Source of the DNA: Eledone cirrhosa | Taxonomy: Eukaryota | Length of the DNA: 64,000 bases | Direction of reading: 5' to 3' | Assembly (NCBI GenBank): GCA_964016885.1 | Contig: OZ024740.1 | Span: forward strand, 26,722,001 to 26,786,000 | In this document: positions 27,041 through 40,424 of the stretch, in pieces | How positions within the stretch are numbered: position 1 is the first letter of the stretch | How the letters are laid out: every line of letters starts with the position of its first letter | Translations under genes and position numbers: made by a program | Notes under the pieces: generated by a model | What the model was told of the DNA's origin: nothing | Database searches by the model: none | The model's input: the letters and a program-made list of their open reading frames with translations, nothing else

Positions 27041-27775
27041 CTTATTTATTTATTTAATTTGTAATATGGAAAAAGAAACATTTCACAAAATACTATACGT
27101 TCACCAAAAGAAATATTTAAAAATTCAATTAAAACATATTGTATTTACATTTGGTATTACTATATACTACCAGTAATATTTACAGTACTTTACATCGTAA
27201 TTAGTAAAAGAAAATGTGAAATAACTGTTTGAGTAAATAGATACATTTATATTAATCTGGCCCCAGATGAGAATAACAAGAAAGATGACAAAGCTGCAGG
27301 GTGTAAGTACAGATATCAGATATAATCCAACTACAACAATTCCAGAGTTGCCGTCAATTCACTCACAGGTCTTCAGTTGACGGGAAGCAACGGAAGTTTA
27401 CCTAAGATGCCAGACATAGCCGAATTTAATGATGGCCAAAGGGGGCAAATGCTCCGGGCCCTTACATTGATGGAGTGCACCAACTACGGCTGTAACAATT
27501 TATTTGTGCCCCCAGCTAGGCTTTTCAGTTTTAGGGTGGTTAGAATTTTAGTATTACCTGTATGTATAACTTTTTAATACCAATTACTTGCTCAAAGCTA
27601 ACATTGATATGTAAATTGTTTTTATTGGCCCTGTAATTACGGATGAAATATAAATTTGACCACAGTAGGATTCAAACTCAGCATAAAAAACCGAAATAAT
27701 TACCCCAATAATGTGTAATGTTATTCATACAACGGGTCTGAAAACATCTGACTGATAAAATGACAAGTCAGTCAA

Positions 27776-28322
27776 TCATATTGGTGGCCTCCCCACAGCC
27801 CCGGCGGACAGAATAGAGAAGGCCTTTCCTCGGGGGACGGCAAGGGAGACGCGCTGGAAAGGCCATTCCAATTCGCGAGGCTCACACCTGCGTCTGGCCA
27901 GCTCAGCGCCTATGATGGTGAGTAGAGAAGTAGCCCTAGGGCCGAGGACACCAGAAGTCTCTACTGCCAAAGGTACAACTGCAAATCTGTAGGAGAACCA
28001 CCAGTATTTAAAGAGTTTATCCTCCTCAGCACGGCGCACAGCAGAACCTGGGTTAGTCGCAGATTGCACCAGGTTGCGGCTGCAGAAAGTGTCGGTGCAA
28101 GTGGCATCCCAGACGAGGGGTTTGCCACCGCGGAACGGGAAGATAGTCATGCCATCTGGCCTTTTGCCGTCCTCTCGGTCCAGACCCACCGGCTCGAGCT
28201 GGGAAGGGAAGCCTGTAGCGTCTAAGCCATGATGTATGACCTCGTTGAGGGCAGCATGGTGTGGAAGACGGCCGGCACTCTGGCGACAGGAAAGCGGGTG
28301 GAGGCCGAAAGAGTCCACGTAA
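27776..28322 (-). pseudogene. 3' fragment of a CRE-like non-LTR retrotransposon (zinc-knuckle remnant plus restriction-like endonuclease)
   Basis: DSFGLHPLSC..GRLPHHAALN..EPVGLDREDGKRPDGMT..LVWDATCTDT..PLAVETSGVLG..QRVSLAV, a PD..D-type RLE signature. GC-rich island in AT-rich DNA. Confidence 0.85.
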
Positions 28323-28897
28323 AATTGGGGGCGGGATTTGCTGTATATTATTTTGTTTTCTGTATGAGCCCCCCTAACCCCCAAGCTGAAGTGCTTTGGG
28401 CTCCCCAAGGTCTAACTCCTACCCTTATGCCACAGAGCTCGTTGGAACCCGGAATCTGGAGGTATCTTAAGCATGTTCTTATCTATTCAGTTATTCTTAC
28501 ATGAACAACCAATTAATACAATTGAAGAGAAATTCAACAGTGTGCCTGTTGTTATTTTCCATTGTAATTATGAGTCTCCCAAAGCACAACAGATATATAT
28601 TATACACATGGTGTCTAGAATGTATTGATAAAAAGTCATATATCATAGTATCTGTCATTTAACTCAGATATTCTCGGTCTCCGATGGTTCAATATAGTTA
28701 TGGGGTTTGTTGAGACATTCCAATCATGAATAAAACTATAATTGTTTCTATCAGGAGACACTTATTGCTATATAAAATCATTGAAGAGCGAGAGAGACTG
28801 TGCGAGAATATATAAGATCTTATGTTTTCTCTTCATATATATATATATATATATATATGATTTTGTGTAGATATTTATAAGTATACTAACATACACA

Positions 28898-28934
<37 letters not shown>

Positions 28935-29088
28935 TCTGTGTTTCTGCCTATTAGTCAGTCTATCTGTCCGTCTCTCCGTATCAATGTATATATATCTGTA
29001 TGCATTCATGCACACATGTATGTATGTATGTATGTATGTATGTATGTATGTATGTATGTATGTATGTATGTATGTATGTATGTATGAC

Positions 29089-29157
<69 letters not shown>

Positions 29158-29566
29158 GTATGACTGTATGTATGTTAGAGTGTTTCACTCTCTGCCGCTG
29201 CACTTGTTTGCATCGTTGAGAAAACTTTCAATGAAGATTCTGCTACAAATTCCTACATGGAAGCTGATAATCCATAATTTTAATAGGCAACTAATTCTTC
29301 GAGGACCACTTAGTGGTTCTTCAAGTGGATGGCAGTAAGAAGGCCCATAGCCTCGGAGTAGAAAGTTTGGTACTGAAGTGGAGAGGTAGTAATAAATGAA
29401 AGAGAGAGGGGGATTGGAAGAAAGGAGGAGAATTCTATCCTGAGAATTTCAAATTAGGTTTCTTTTATATGACTGAATATGATGGTAGCAACATACCTCC
29501 ACACTAACACACATGTAAACATACAGACAAACATAAACGTATATCTCTTATGTTAGCATATAAATG

Positions 29567-29621
<55 letters not shown>

Positions 29622-29623
<2 letters not shown>

Positions 29624-29820
29624 CAAAGGAATTGTGGGTAAGGAACCAGATGGACCATAACGCACCAGAGTACACAATACTTAGGGTAGTAGAGTGGGAA
29701 ATAGGAAAAAGTATGACCACGACGGCAGACCTCAAGCCGTGTCGACGGCTGGGTATTTCTGAGTCCAGAAATACCCGTCGAAACGGCTTGAGCACTGCCG
29801 TCGTGGTCATACTTTTTCCT
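29622..29820 (-). mobile_element. Fold-back PLE fragment (family P8) with partial HHR
   Basis: Inverted arms at about 29702-29761 and 29766-29821. Contains GAA-ACGGC..GCCGT-C (GUC site). Related to 41293-41447 and flanked by (TA)n. Confidence 0.7.
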
Positions 29821-29892
29821 ATATATATATATATATATTATATATGTATGCATGTATGTATGTAAGTATATATGTACGTATATATGTATGTC

Positions 29893-30285
29893 AGGTCACC
29901 AGTTGGTGCTACTGGTAACATGTATCCCAGTACAACCTGTCTCATGGTCGGGTCGTTGGCGACTAAACTGGCAACCCCACCAAGGTTTCTTGGTGAGGAG
30001 CGTGACTTTGGACATCCTGCAGGACTAAAAACAAAACCTGTCAAAGGCCAAAAGAGCTGTTAAGAGTCAATGGCCATCCAAAATCACCGGGAGAGGTGAC
30101 CCCTTAGCCTTTGTCAAGGCAGAATTCTCAGAGAAGGAAAACTCTGATATAACACCTGCAACTCTGATAGTATCCAATGATGTTGACTTGTTCTTCTTTT
30201 TTGGTTCAGCGCATCGGTAGGGGTTTTCCTACATGGATATAAAGTAGTAGCCGTACTCGAAAACGAGTTGGCAGCCACCATTTAT
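29893..30285 (+). mobile_element. Probable interspersed repeat (SINE-like or LINE 5'-UTR-like)
   Basis: GC-richer island between microsatellites with a GAGAAGGAAAACTCTGA motif reminiscent of RTE-associated 5' regions. There is no second copy in the window. Confidence 0.3.
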
Positions 30286-30400
30286 GCATGTATACATATA
30301 CATATACGTATATAGCTTAATAATTATTTAAATAGACAGATATCTATCTATCTAGCTCGCTATTTATATCTCTATCCTTTCTATAGATAGATAGATAGAT

Positions 30401-31797
30401 AAATTTCTTTATTAGCCACAAAAGAAGGGGGAAAATACAAATGGGGAGTTTACATACAGGTATATGAAAATAAAACTATTAATAATACAACAAAAAACAA
30501 TTGAAATCCCCAATAGGGGGGAGGCGTTAGACAGGGGTTGTACACACCCCGAAAAAATGTACAACCCTCATCTCCAGGAGCACCAAGAGTGAGTACTCCC
30601 TTCCTTTCTTCCTCTTTTTCCTCAACCTACAGCCTTATATAGAGAGAAGGCCCAACCACTCGGGCCATCTTTGCCACATTCAACCACCTTTTATAAAATT
30701 TGCTGGGGTACAGCACCTCTCTCTCCATCCTGATTCTTCTTCCAAAATTATATTTGAAAAAACGAATCAGTTGTTCGCCGGAGAGAAAGGTGTCTGACCT
30801 CAGCCCTTTTAACCTCGTCCACCATATAACCTCTTTCACCATAGCCATAACGCATAGGAAAACCGCCTCTCCTTCGTTTTTGAAGAAGGGTGGCGGTTTG
30901 ATCATGACAATGGACTCGGTGGTCAACTTGATTGGTCCCACCCGCGACAATAGTCGTTCTACATAGCCCCACAGGTCGGTAACGCCCGGGAAGTGTACAA
31001 ACGGTTTCCTCGTCACGCACGCATCTCGGACATATCTTTTTATGTAGAGCGTGTCTCGAACTCGTAGAGCTCCTCGGTAGCACTGCCAGGCCAGGGACTT
31101 TTTGAAGTTGTCCATCGGTCCTGGGCAGAAGGTCCTACCGAACCATCTGGCCAGTTCGTCCTCCTCTACGCCTAGAGTTTCTCCGAGCGCGCCGTCGCAC
31201 TTGCTGCGGACCAACCCTCTATAGAATGACGAAGTGGAGTCTCTACTGAACGCCGGGTGCGTTTGCCAGAGGACTGTGAGTGCCTGAGCACATTCAATGT
31301 GCCAGCCGCCCATTTTCCTTGTATTTGCCTGAACCAGGACTGCGCTCGGTCAGCGAGACGAATGGTGGATAGGCTCGCCTCACGAACGGGGCCCACACCG
31401 GTTGACCGGTGAGGATTACGTGTAGGTGCTGCAGCCCGAGCGCGTGTTTGCGCATCGTCAGCCACAGCAACCCCAGCCCTCCGTTTGAAGGGTGTTGGCA
31501 GCAGATGGATCTTCTCACCAATGTAGCCCGTTTCTTCCAAAGGTATTGGAAGAGCGCGCGCTCCATTTTGGTGATCATTTTGGCTGGACAAGGCACGGCG
31601 GTCAAGCGGTAGTAGATGACGGACGCTATAAAAGTGTTTGCTACCCCCGCTCGACCTATCAAGGATAGTTTTCACTCGGCCCACTTCTGGGTGAGCGCAA
31701 ACACCTTGGCCGTCACCTCGTTCCAGTTCTTCTCCACCTGGAGGTCCGGACCAAACCAGACCCCGAACAGCTTTACCGGTCCTTCCGTCCAGCGTCC
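30401..31797 (-). pseudogene. 5'-truncated, frameshifted Tx1/L1-clade LINE (ORF2 C-terminus plus 3' UTR)
   Basis: Overlapping frames give GPVKLFGVWFG..NW, GRAGVANTFIASVIYY..LFQYLW..GGLGL, LAWQCYRGAL.VRD.L and CPRC..DEETV. AATAAA lies near the 3' end. Both ends abut (GATA)n. Confidence 0.85.
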
Positions 31798-32003
31798 GAT
31801 AGATAGATAGAAAGATAGATAGATAGATGGATAGATAGTGAGAGAGAGAGAGAGACTGTGTGTGAGAGAGAGAGTGTGTGCGAGAGAGTGTGTGAGAGAG
31901 AGACAGAGAGTGTTTGTGTGTGAGAGAGAGAGGGAGATATACAGACAGATAGAAAAATAGATAGATAGATGGATGAATGGATAGAAATATCGATACACCC
32001 CCC

Positions 32004-32093
<90 letters not shown>

Positions 32094-32456
32094 TGTTTGG
32101 ATATGGCAAAGCTACAGCAACACATGGATTCAACTAAAGAATATTAGCATAAATTTGAGATATAAAAACTTGAGACTGACAATAGAGGACAGAGTCAACT
32201 GCCATATGCCCTGTTGAACATTAATTTGAAGCGCAACCTTTTATTTCCCCAAGAACAAAAATAATGGGCAATAACCGCTACATTAATGAACCACTGACTA
32301 AATTTTCTGATTTTTAGAATATTTCAAACCTGTTTCAAGAGTTATAAACAACGTTGTTAATTTAAGAATATTGGGAAAACTTGACATGAGTCCTTCGTTC
32401 CACAAATAGCAGCAATATATTATTATCACTATAAATAGTAGTTGTTAATATAAGAG

Positions 32457-32800
32457 TGGGCCCATGGATCAGTGTTTAGAGCGTCGCCTTTACGGTCGTG
32501 AGGTATTCACTTCGTTTCTTGTGCCGGCTAGTGGTAGAAATGAGTTGCGACATGACTGGTGCCAAGCTATATCGACCATTGCCTTTCCATTGGATAACAT
32601 TGGTGTGGTCGCGAGTGGAGGCTGGTATACATGGGCGACTGCTGGTCCTCCACAAACAACCTTGCTCGGACTTGTTCCTCGGAGGGGATTCTCCTAGATG
32701 CAAATCCTATTTTCATTTGTTACCGAAGGGTCTTTCCCCTTTTAATATAAGAGAAAGTACCACTGAACTCGGCAGTTAATTGCTCTAACATAAACACAAA
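32457..32800 (+). mobile_element. Probable SINE (family C)
   Basis: tRNA-like head (GGGCCCATGGATCAGTG..AGAGCGTCG) and GC-richer body. Single copy in the window. Confidence 0.45.
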
Positions 32801-32835
32801 CAATGCTATCCACAAGATAAAGAAACCATTATCAA

Positions 32836-33247
32836 CTAAACCACCCGTGACCCGTTGGGTCACGTTCACTTCAAAATATTTTTAAAATCATGTTCCACTT
32901 AAAAATATGTTTTAAATAATTAAAAAATACACAGACATTCTCCTTCTCTGTCTCCTCTCCCTCACTCTATGTTTCTCTTTCAATCTACTCTCTCACAACC
33001 ACTATCTTTTTCTTTCTATTCTTCTCTCTCTGTTTATGAAGGTACCCAGAAAACTCCATATCTCGGGTACCCGTGTTTCGATTTACGCGAAACTTGTTTT
33101 ATTCCATTTGTATTCCCATTTGAAGGCCAACTTCCTTTCAAAGTATTTTCCCATTATGCACCTTTTTGGGTAGTATTACATTACAGACAAGCAAGCAAGC
33201 AAGCAAGCAAGCAAGAAAGCAATCGCAGACTTTTAGTAATATATAGA
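32836..33247 (-). mobile_element. Non-autonomous Helitron-like element (second family)
   Basis: Minus strand starts A|TCTATATATTAC, has a (TTGC)n tract near the 5' end, and ends with hairpin CGTGACCC-AAC-GGGTCACG then TTAG|T (CTAG variant). Confidence 0.7.
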
Positions 33248-33484
33248 TACACTTAAACACGAACTGACACGCCGAAATCACACCTCACTAGACATCAAGT
33301 AACACAAACAACGCTCTTTCAGATCTAAACCCCCAATGTATATATATATACTAACAACCAAACCTACACATATTACAGGTATATGGCGTTGGCCGCCATC
33401 AGTTTGCATACGTTGTATTAAATACAAATACTATTGTACAATTTAATGGGGGTGGTCAAAGGGGGATATTGTCCCGAACAAAAT

Positions 33485-33765
33485 GGGCAGTTAGTCCGGC
33501 CGAAGAAATTGGTCTTCCGATCATGAAGCCGTAGGTTCGATTCCTGGGCTGGGTTGTGTGTTGTGTTCTTGAGCAAAACAGCTCATTTCAAGTTGCGTCA
33601 CTATGCTCAGCTGTAAATGAGTATCAACAATATCTGGAGGCTTAAATCTGTGATAAACTGGCACCCTGTCCAATGGAGAAGCTTGTACTCTGAGTCGCTT
33701 CATGCCAAGGGAACTGAGAAGACCAGCAGCCTGATCAGCCTCCGAACTCGTGACAGACTTTACAA
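33485..33765 (+). mobile_element. tRNA-derived SINE (family B)
   Basis: B-box GGTTCGATTCC followed by TTGAGCAAAACA..ATTTCA. The head is similar to 35650-35765. Confidence 0.65.
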
Positions 33766-33855
33766 GAGATATAGTGTGTTTGATCCAAGGCTGGGAATAT
33801 ATAGATTGATGAGTATAAAAACCTTATACATTATTTTTCTGTCCCTTTATATTAA

Positions 33856-34532
33856 CTAGCAGAAAAACGACACTTCGGGTGGTTTTCTGCTGGCATGTAT
33901 AGTGTGTATATTGATATTATAGGCAAGTATATATACATGTAGATATGATACATCAAATAACATCGTAATTGGCAATATACACAGAAATTGAACGAAGACT
34001 GTGTTACACTGTCTTATGTAATCAGTAACGTAATCCATGATATATTTTTAAAAAAGACGATATTAGGAGAAAATTAGTGACGGAAATATATGAATGTTTA
34101 TTTAAGCGATCGCTAACCGGAAGTATTGACATTTGAAAATTTTAAAGAAGTGAATCTTAAAATAAGCAACAAATTTATTCATATTTAATCAAGAATAACG
34201 AAATTTAGTAGATAAATTAAGTAATATTCATTCCTTATTTATTCAAAGGGTGGTGGATTGGCAGTATTGGTAGAGGGTCGGACGCCACGCTTTGCATCAA
34301 AGAGTTACGGCCCTTTATGGTCTGAGTTCAAATCCTGCCGAGGTTAACTTTGCCTTTCATCCATACGGGGTCGATAAAATAAAGTACCAGTAATACACTG
34401 GGATAATTGCTGGTCTTGTGCCAAAAGTAGAAACAATTATTTATTCAAAGTAATCCAACTTATTTTACGAACGGGATAAAAACAATATATTCTGGACACA
34501 GTCTCACACTCCTTACTTTATTATAGTTTAGG
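33856..34532 (-). mobile_element. Second copy of the Helitron-like element at 25416, carrying a nested SINE
   Basis: Colinear with 25416-25762, including both termini. It has an extra internal segment at about 34045-34200 plus the SINE. Confidence 0.8.
34249..34436 (+). mobile_element. Full-length SINE (family A) with 14-bp TSD
   Basis: TTATTTATTCAAAG occurs at 34235-34248 and 34437-34450, and only once at the empty site (25667-25680). Confidence 0.9.
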
Positions 34533-34930
34533 TAGCCATTTATGTCAGTTTATACATTCGACCACCAGACGTTCCTCAAGCTACGCACGTTTCTCTGCAT
34601 AACGATTTATTATGTTTCAGCAGTTATTATGTCTGAGATAGAGCAACTTGAATATTTCCATATTTCATGGAACTAATTTTTGTCCTTAAGTAATCTGAGG
34701 AATCAGTACATTAGTAGAGGTTGTATACAGCTTTATACACAGCCAGGGGTGGAATATGGAGGAGGTTGGTGAGAAGAAGCAGCTAGTATAGATACACAAT
34801 TCAAACATGTTGGTGCATTTCAGTTATTTTTGGTGAAGTTTTTACAACAAGTAATATACCGTCTAATATGCATCTCCACGTATCACAAGAAAATCAATGT
34901 TAGTCAAGGGCGCAACGACTGGGCCAGTGC

Positions 34931-35765
<835 letters not shown>

Positions 35766-35873
35766 TTCTACCTGGAGTTGCGACCGATAGATAGTATTAG
35801 CAATTGGAAAGACCAACGGAATCATTGTTCCCTCTGTCCGATTTGACGAAAGTCGATCGTTCCTATATATATA

Positions 35874-36361
35874 TGCAAAAGTTCTATTTAAATTGTTGGG
35901 ATACAACAAGCAAATATTTGTATAACTTATATAAAGCACTCAACACGTATTTGGAGTAAACATACGATATTAACAAATGGAAACTATATTTATAAAACCA
36001 TATTTATTTCATTATACATATTTCAAGGACACCAAGTTAAATTAAATTATGGTGTGCTTTCATTAGACAAAATATAATATAGATCAGTTTTATAAATAAA
36101 TATTGACATACCCTTAAAAAATGCAACCATTATTGTTGGAAGCTCCCGGATAGTGGAGTTGTTTACTTATATTATTATTAGTATTGGATATTTTTATTTT
36201 AAAAATAAGCCGTTGGGTTACAGAGAAAGAAAAAGGAGAGAGAGAAAAAGAGAGAGAGAGAGACCAAAACAACAGAGAGAGAAATATATATAGCGAGAGA
36301 GTAGACAGAGAGAAAGGGGGAGAGAACGAAAACTCTAAGTCATATATTTTTATTTTTTTAT

Positions 36362-36403
<42 letters not shown>

Positions 36404-37899
36404 ATTTTTATTGTTTTCTTATTGTTGTGATAGCTTCTCCTATTTTTGAAAGTTTATCCTTTCAAAATTTTGAGTTAAATATACGTAAGATAAATTTCTA
36501 TACTAAATCTATTAAACATACTATTATTTTGAAATTATAACTTAAAATATTCTATAATATTTTAAAATTGTATTGCTTTTAAAGTTATATTGCTTATAAT
36601 TATATTTCCAAATTGTAATATAATCCTTTTGTATTTTATGTACTCAATTATACTATGTACTGTATTGATATATACTTCTCTCTATATGTGAGTATATATG
36701 TATATGTGTGTATTGACATACATGTACATATGTTCTATGCGTTTTTATGAGTGTATGTCTGTCTGTATGTATATGTATGCGTGATGCGTATCTACCTATT
36801 GGCTGAGGGTACACACACATGTGTATATATGTTTATGTGAGAATTGAGTATATGCATGTGCGTGTATATCCATACAATTTGATTGCACTTATGTATAGTG
36901 ATTATCCCAATGATTCCTGACATATAGACATATAATTAACAGCCATAAATACATAACAGGTAATCTTATAAAACTTATATAAAACAATTTTTTTAATAAC
37001 ATAAAGTGTGTATAACATAAAATTTCCTTTAATATCTTAACAATTATAACATTTTTAAGATTCCTATATCTTAAATTAAATTAAAGAATATTTTATGTTT
37101 TGTGTGTATATATTATATACGTAGTTAGATATGTTATGTATTTTATAAGTGTGTATATATATTTATAAGTATTTTTGCGTGTGTATACATGTTATATGAT
37201 ATGTAGTTCTCTAGCAATATATGGATTTCTTAATGTATAGATCCCAATTTTTAATATATTGATCTCAATTTTTAAATGATTAACTAAACATCTAATCATA
37301 TTTAAACAATGATTAATTTCTCATATTATATCTGTATATTCCATTCATGATTATTAACATCTCTTATTTTATTTATTCATTTCATCTCAATTGTTAAGTT
37401 AACTCAACAAGATATGACTTAGAGTTTTCGTTCACTCCCCTTCTCTCTGTCTCCTCTCTCTCTATATATATTTCTCTCTCTGTTGTTTTGATCTCTCTCT
37501 CTCTCTTTTCTCTCTCTCTCTCTCTTTTTCTCTCTCTCCTTCTTTTTCTTTCTCTGTAACCCAACGGCTTATTTTAAAAATAAAAATATCCAATACTAAT
37601 AATAATATAAGTAAACAACTCCACTATCCGGGAGCTTCCAACAGTAAAGGTTGCATTTTTTAAGGGTATGTCAATATTTATTTATAAAACTGATCTATAT
37701 TATATTTTGTCTGATGAAAGCACACCATAATTTAATTTAACTTGGTGTCCTTGAAATATGTATAATGAAATAAATATGGTTTTATAAATATAGTTTCCTT
37801 TTGTTAATATCGTATGTTTACTCCAAATACTTGATGAGTGCTTTATACAAGTTATAAAAATATTCGCTTGTTGTATCCCAACAATTTAAATAGAACTTT

Positions 37900-37903
<4 letters not shown>
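35874..37903 (+). mobile_element. PLE derivative (family P1) with ~470-bp inverted arms and ~1.07-kb AT-rich spacer
   Basis: 35874-36345 is the inverse of 37412-37903. The terminal ~250 bp are homologous to 2130-2365. Confidence 0.85.
37696..37778 (+). ncRNA. Type I hammerhead ribozyme motif (family P1)
   Basis: TATATTTTGT-CTGATGA(37711)-AAGCACACCA..TGGTGTCCTT-GAA-ATATGTAT-A-ATGAAATA. The mirror copy has a mutated core (CTAATGA). Confidence 0.75.
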
Positions 37904-37961
<58 letters not shown>

Positions 37962-38449
37962 GGACTTAGCAGTGGCCCAGTCGTTGTGCCCTTGACTGAC
38001 ATTGATTTTCTTGTGATGCGTGGAGATGCATATTAGACGGTACATTGCTTGTTGTAAAAACTTCACCAAAAATAACTGAAATGCACCAACATAAGTTTGA
38101 ATTTGCACCTAATTGTGTATGGTTGATGGTATATTTAGTCAGTTTCTATACGCTGTCGAAATGTTGGATAAATACTCTATTGGGGCCACTGCGAAGAGGC
38201 CGCTTTCGGTTATTTATCGGAAATTTCTTCATAAGAGGCTTTATTCTTATAGCTTGGTCTAATCGATTTTTTATATGGTTAATTATGCTAATTGGCAGAG
38301 GAAATGGTATATATTTTATCTAATAATTCTAAGGACATGATTTATGATATATTTTTCTGATTATTTAATTTATTAATTCTTCATAGAGCTTCAACGTGAC
38401 CGGCTGCAACATATACATCTATGAATTTATGTTTATGTATATGTAAACC

Positions 38450-38616
<167 letters not shown>

Positions 38617-38621
38617 GTGTG

Positions 38622-38674
<53 letters not shown>

Positions 38675-38796
38675 ATGTATATATATAAGCTTAAATATGA
38701 TGGTTTACCACTGGGTAGAATTGGAATATGAAAGCACTCGTTTCATCCTCGTTTTCTCTCTCTCTCTCTGTTTATTCCTAACTATCATACAATTAT

Positions 38797-38855
38797 ACAC
38801 CTGATGATGACCGGGTTCATGAGTTACCTGGCCACCGAAATGTTCACAGTGTTTG
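38797..38855 (+). ncRNA. Degenerate hammerhead motif related to family P6
   Basis: ACAC-CTGATGA-TGACCGGGT..ACCTGGCCA-CC-GAA-ATGTTCAC-A-GTGT. The stem II start TGACCGGGTTC matches 11693-11703. Confidence 0.55.
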
Positions 38856-39249
38856 CACAGTCTTTTGACAAGTTTTGTTTCTCATCATCTTCCTCACCAA
38901 GCAATCCTGGTGGCTTTGAGGGTTCAGTCACCGACGACCAAACCAGAAAAACCTGGGACCTCGTTTGTATCCAATGGTGTAGACCAGTTCTCCTTTTTGG
39001 GTAAATGCTTTCGATGTTCAGAGAGTGGGATTGGCCCCGTGCACAGCCTTTCCTCACTTAAAAAGCTTCAAGCGCAACCATCGCTTGATATGTGATATTT
39101 GTTACGATCCATGGTATTGCTGGCCATAGGCAAATCCTTAGAAGGACTATAGAACACGTCCGTGGTTCTCATGCTTAAGTATCAAGCGATGGCATTACTC
39201 GAATTCGAGGTGTAGCCAACATATATATGTATGTATGTATATATATATA

Positions 39250-39726
39250 TATATAAAGAATGAATAATAACAGGTAGACATCATAAAAAGGTAATTTATT
39301 CCGTGTGCTTACAAATGTTTCCACGGTGGTACTACAGCCTAGTTATGCTATGTGCAAATTTACAAGTATTTGCAGAACTCGAATATCCAATGCTGTGACC
39401 ACTGTATCCTCAGAGCAGATTCTACTCTGAGGATACAGTGGTCACAGCATTGGATATTCGAGTTCTGCAAATACTTGTAAATTTGCACATAGCATAACTA
39501 GGCTGTAGTACCACCGTGGAAACATTTGTAAGCACACGGAATAAATTACCTTTTTATGATGTCTACCTGTTATTATTCATTCTTTATATACACCCCGGAA
39601 TACAGAAGGATCAGGAACTAAGTTTCTTCAACAATTCTTCCATAACTCGTAGAGTAACCTCTCACCGTACATCAACCATATCCAGTGTAGTAATTAACCA
39701 TTACTACATCTTGGATAATCCTATAC

Positions 39727-39730
<4 letters not shown>
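39250..39730 (+). mobile_element. Fold-back PLE fragment (family P9) with HHR
   Basis: About 165-bp inverted arms centred at 39420. CTGAGGA(39427)-long stem II-GAA-ACATTTGT-A-AGCA. The minus copy has stem I TGCT/AGCA. Flanked by (TA)n. Confidence 0.8.
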
Positions 39731-39763
<33 letters not shown>

Positions 39764-40211
39764 GTGTGAATGTGTGTTTTCATACGCTCGCACATAGGCA
39801 TATATTGTGTATCATAAGTTATGTTCGTATATACGTACCTATATAAATGTATATATCATCATGCCACTTTCTGATTGGTTAAGGCAGCAGCCAATAGTAA
39901 AAAGTATTGATTATTGGTAAACTAATCATGTCATAGCTGTAACATAAACCAAGTGTATGTGGGAGAGACCGATATGGTCTCATCTGATACTAATGTTGGA
40001 TGAGATAATCTCTAGTCTGTCTATGCTCTATTCAATGAAGTATATACCACTAGGCACAGTTTCTGATCGACTAGAGAAAATATAACTATATAATAATACT
40101 ATACACTAATTCGAGATATCTGTTGACGTACAGTAGCCGGCGGTATATAGTCTTCATTTCAGGTCATATGTTTATACGCACTCAACACACAATGTCACTG
40201 TATACAGTATA

Positions 40212-40262
<51 letters not shown>

Positions 40263-40267
40263 ATATA

Positions 40268-40395
40268 ATTGTTTCTACTTTTGTCACATGGCCAGCAATT
40301 ACCACAGTGTATTACTGGTACTTTATTTTATCAACCCCGTAAGGATGAAAGGCAAGGTTAACCTCTGCGGATTTGAACTCAGACAGTAAATGGCC
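40268..40395 (-). mobile_element. SINE (family A), head truncated
   Basis: Reverse complement of the core (CTGGTACTTTATTTTATC..GGATGAAAGGCAA..GATTTGAACTC). Confidence 0.8.
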
Positions 40396-40424
40396 GTACG
40401 GTCTGAGTTCAAATCCCGCCGATA

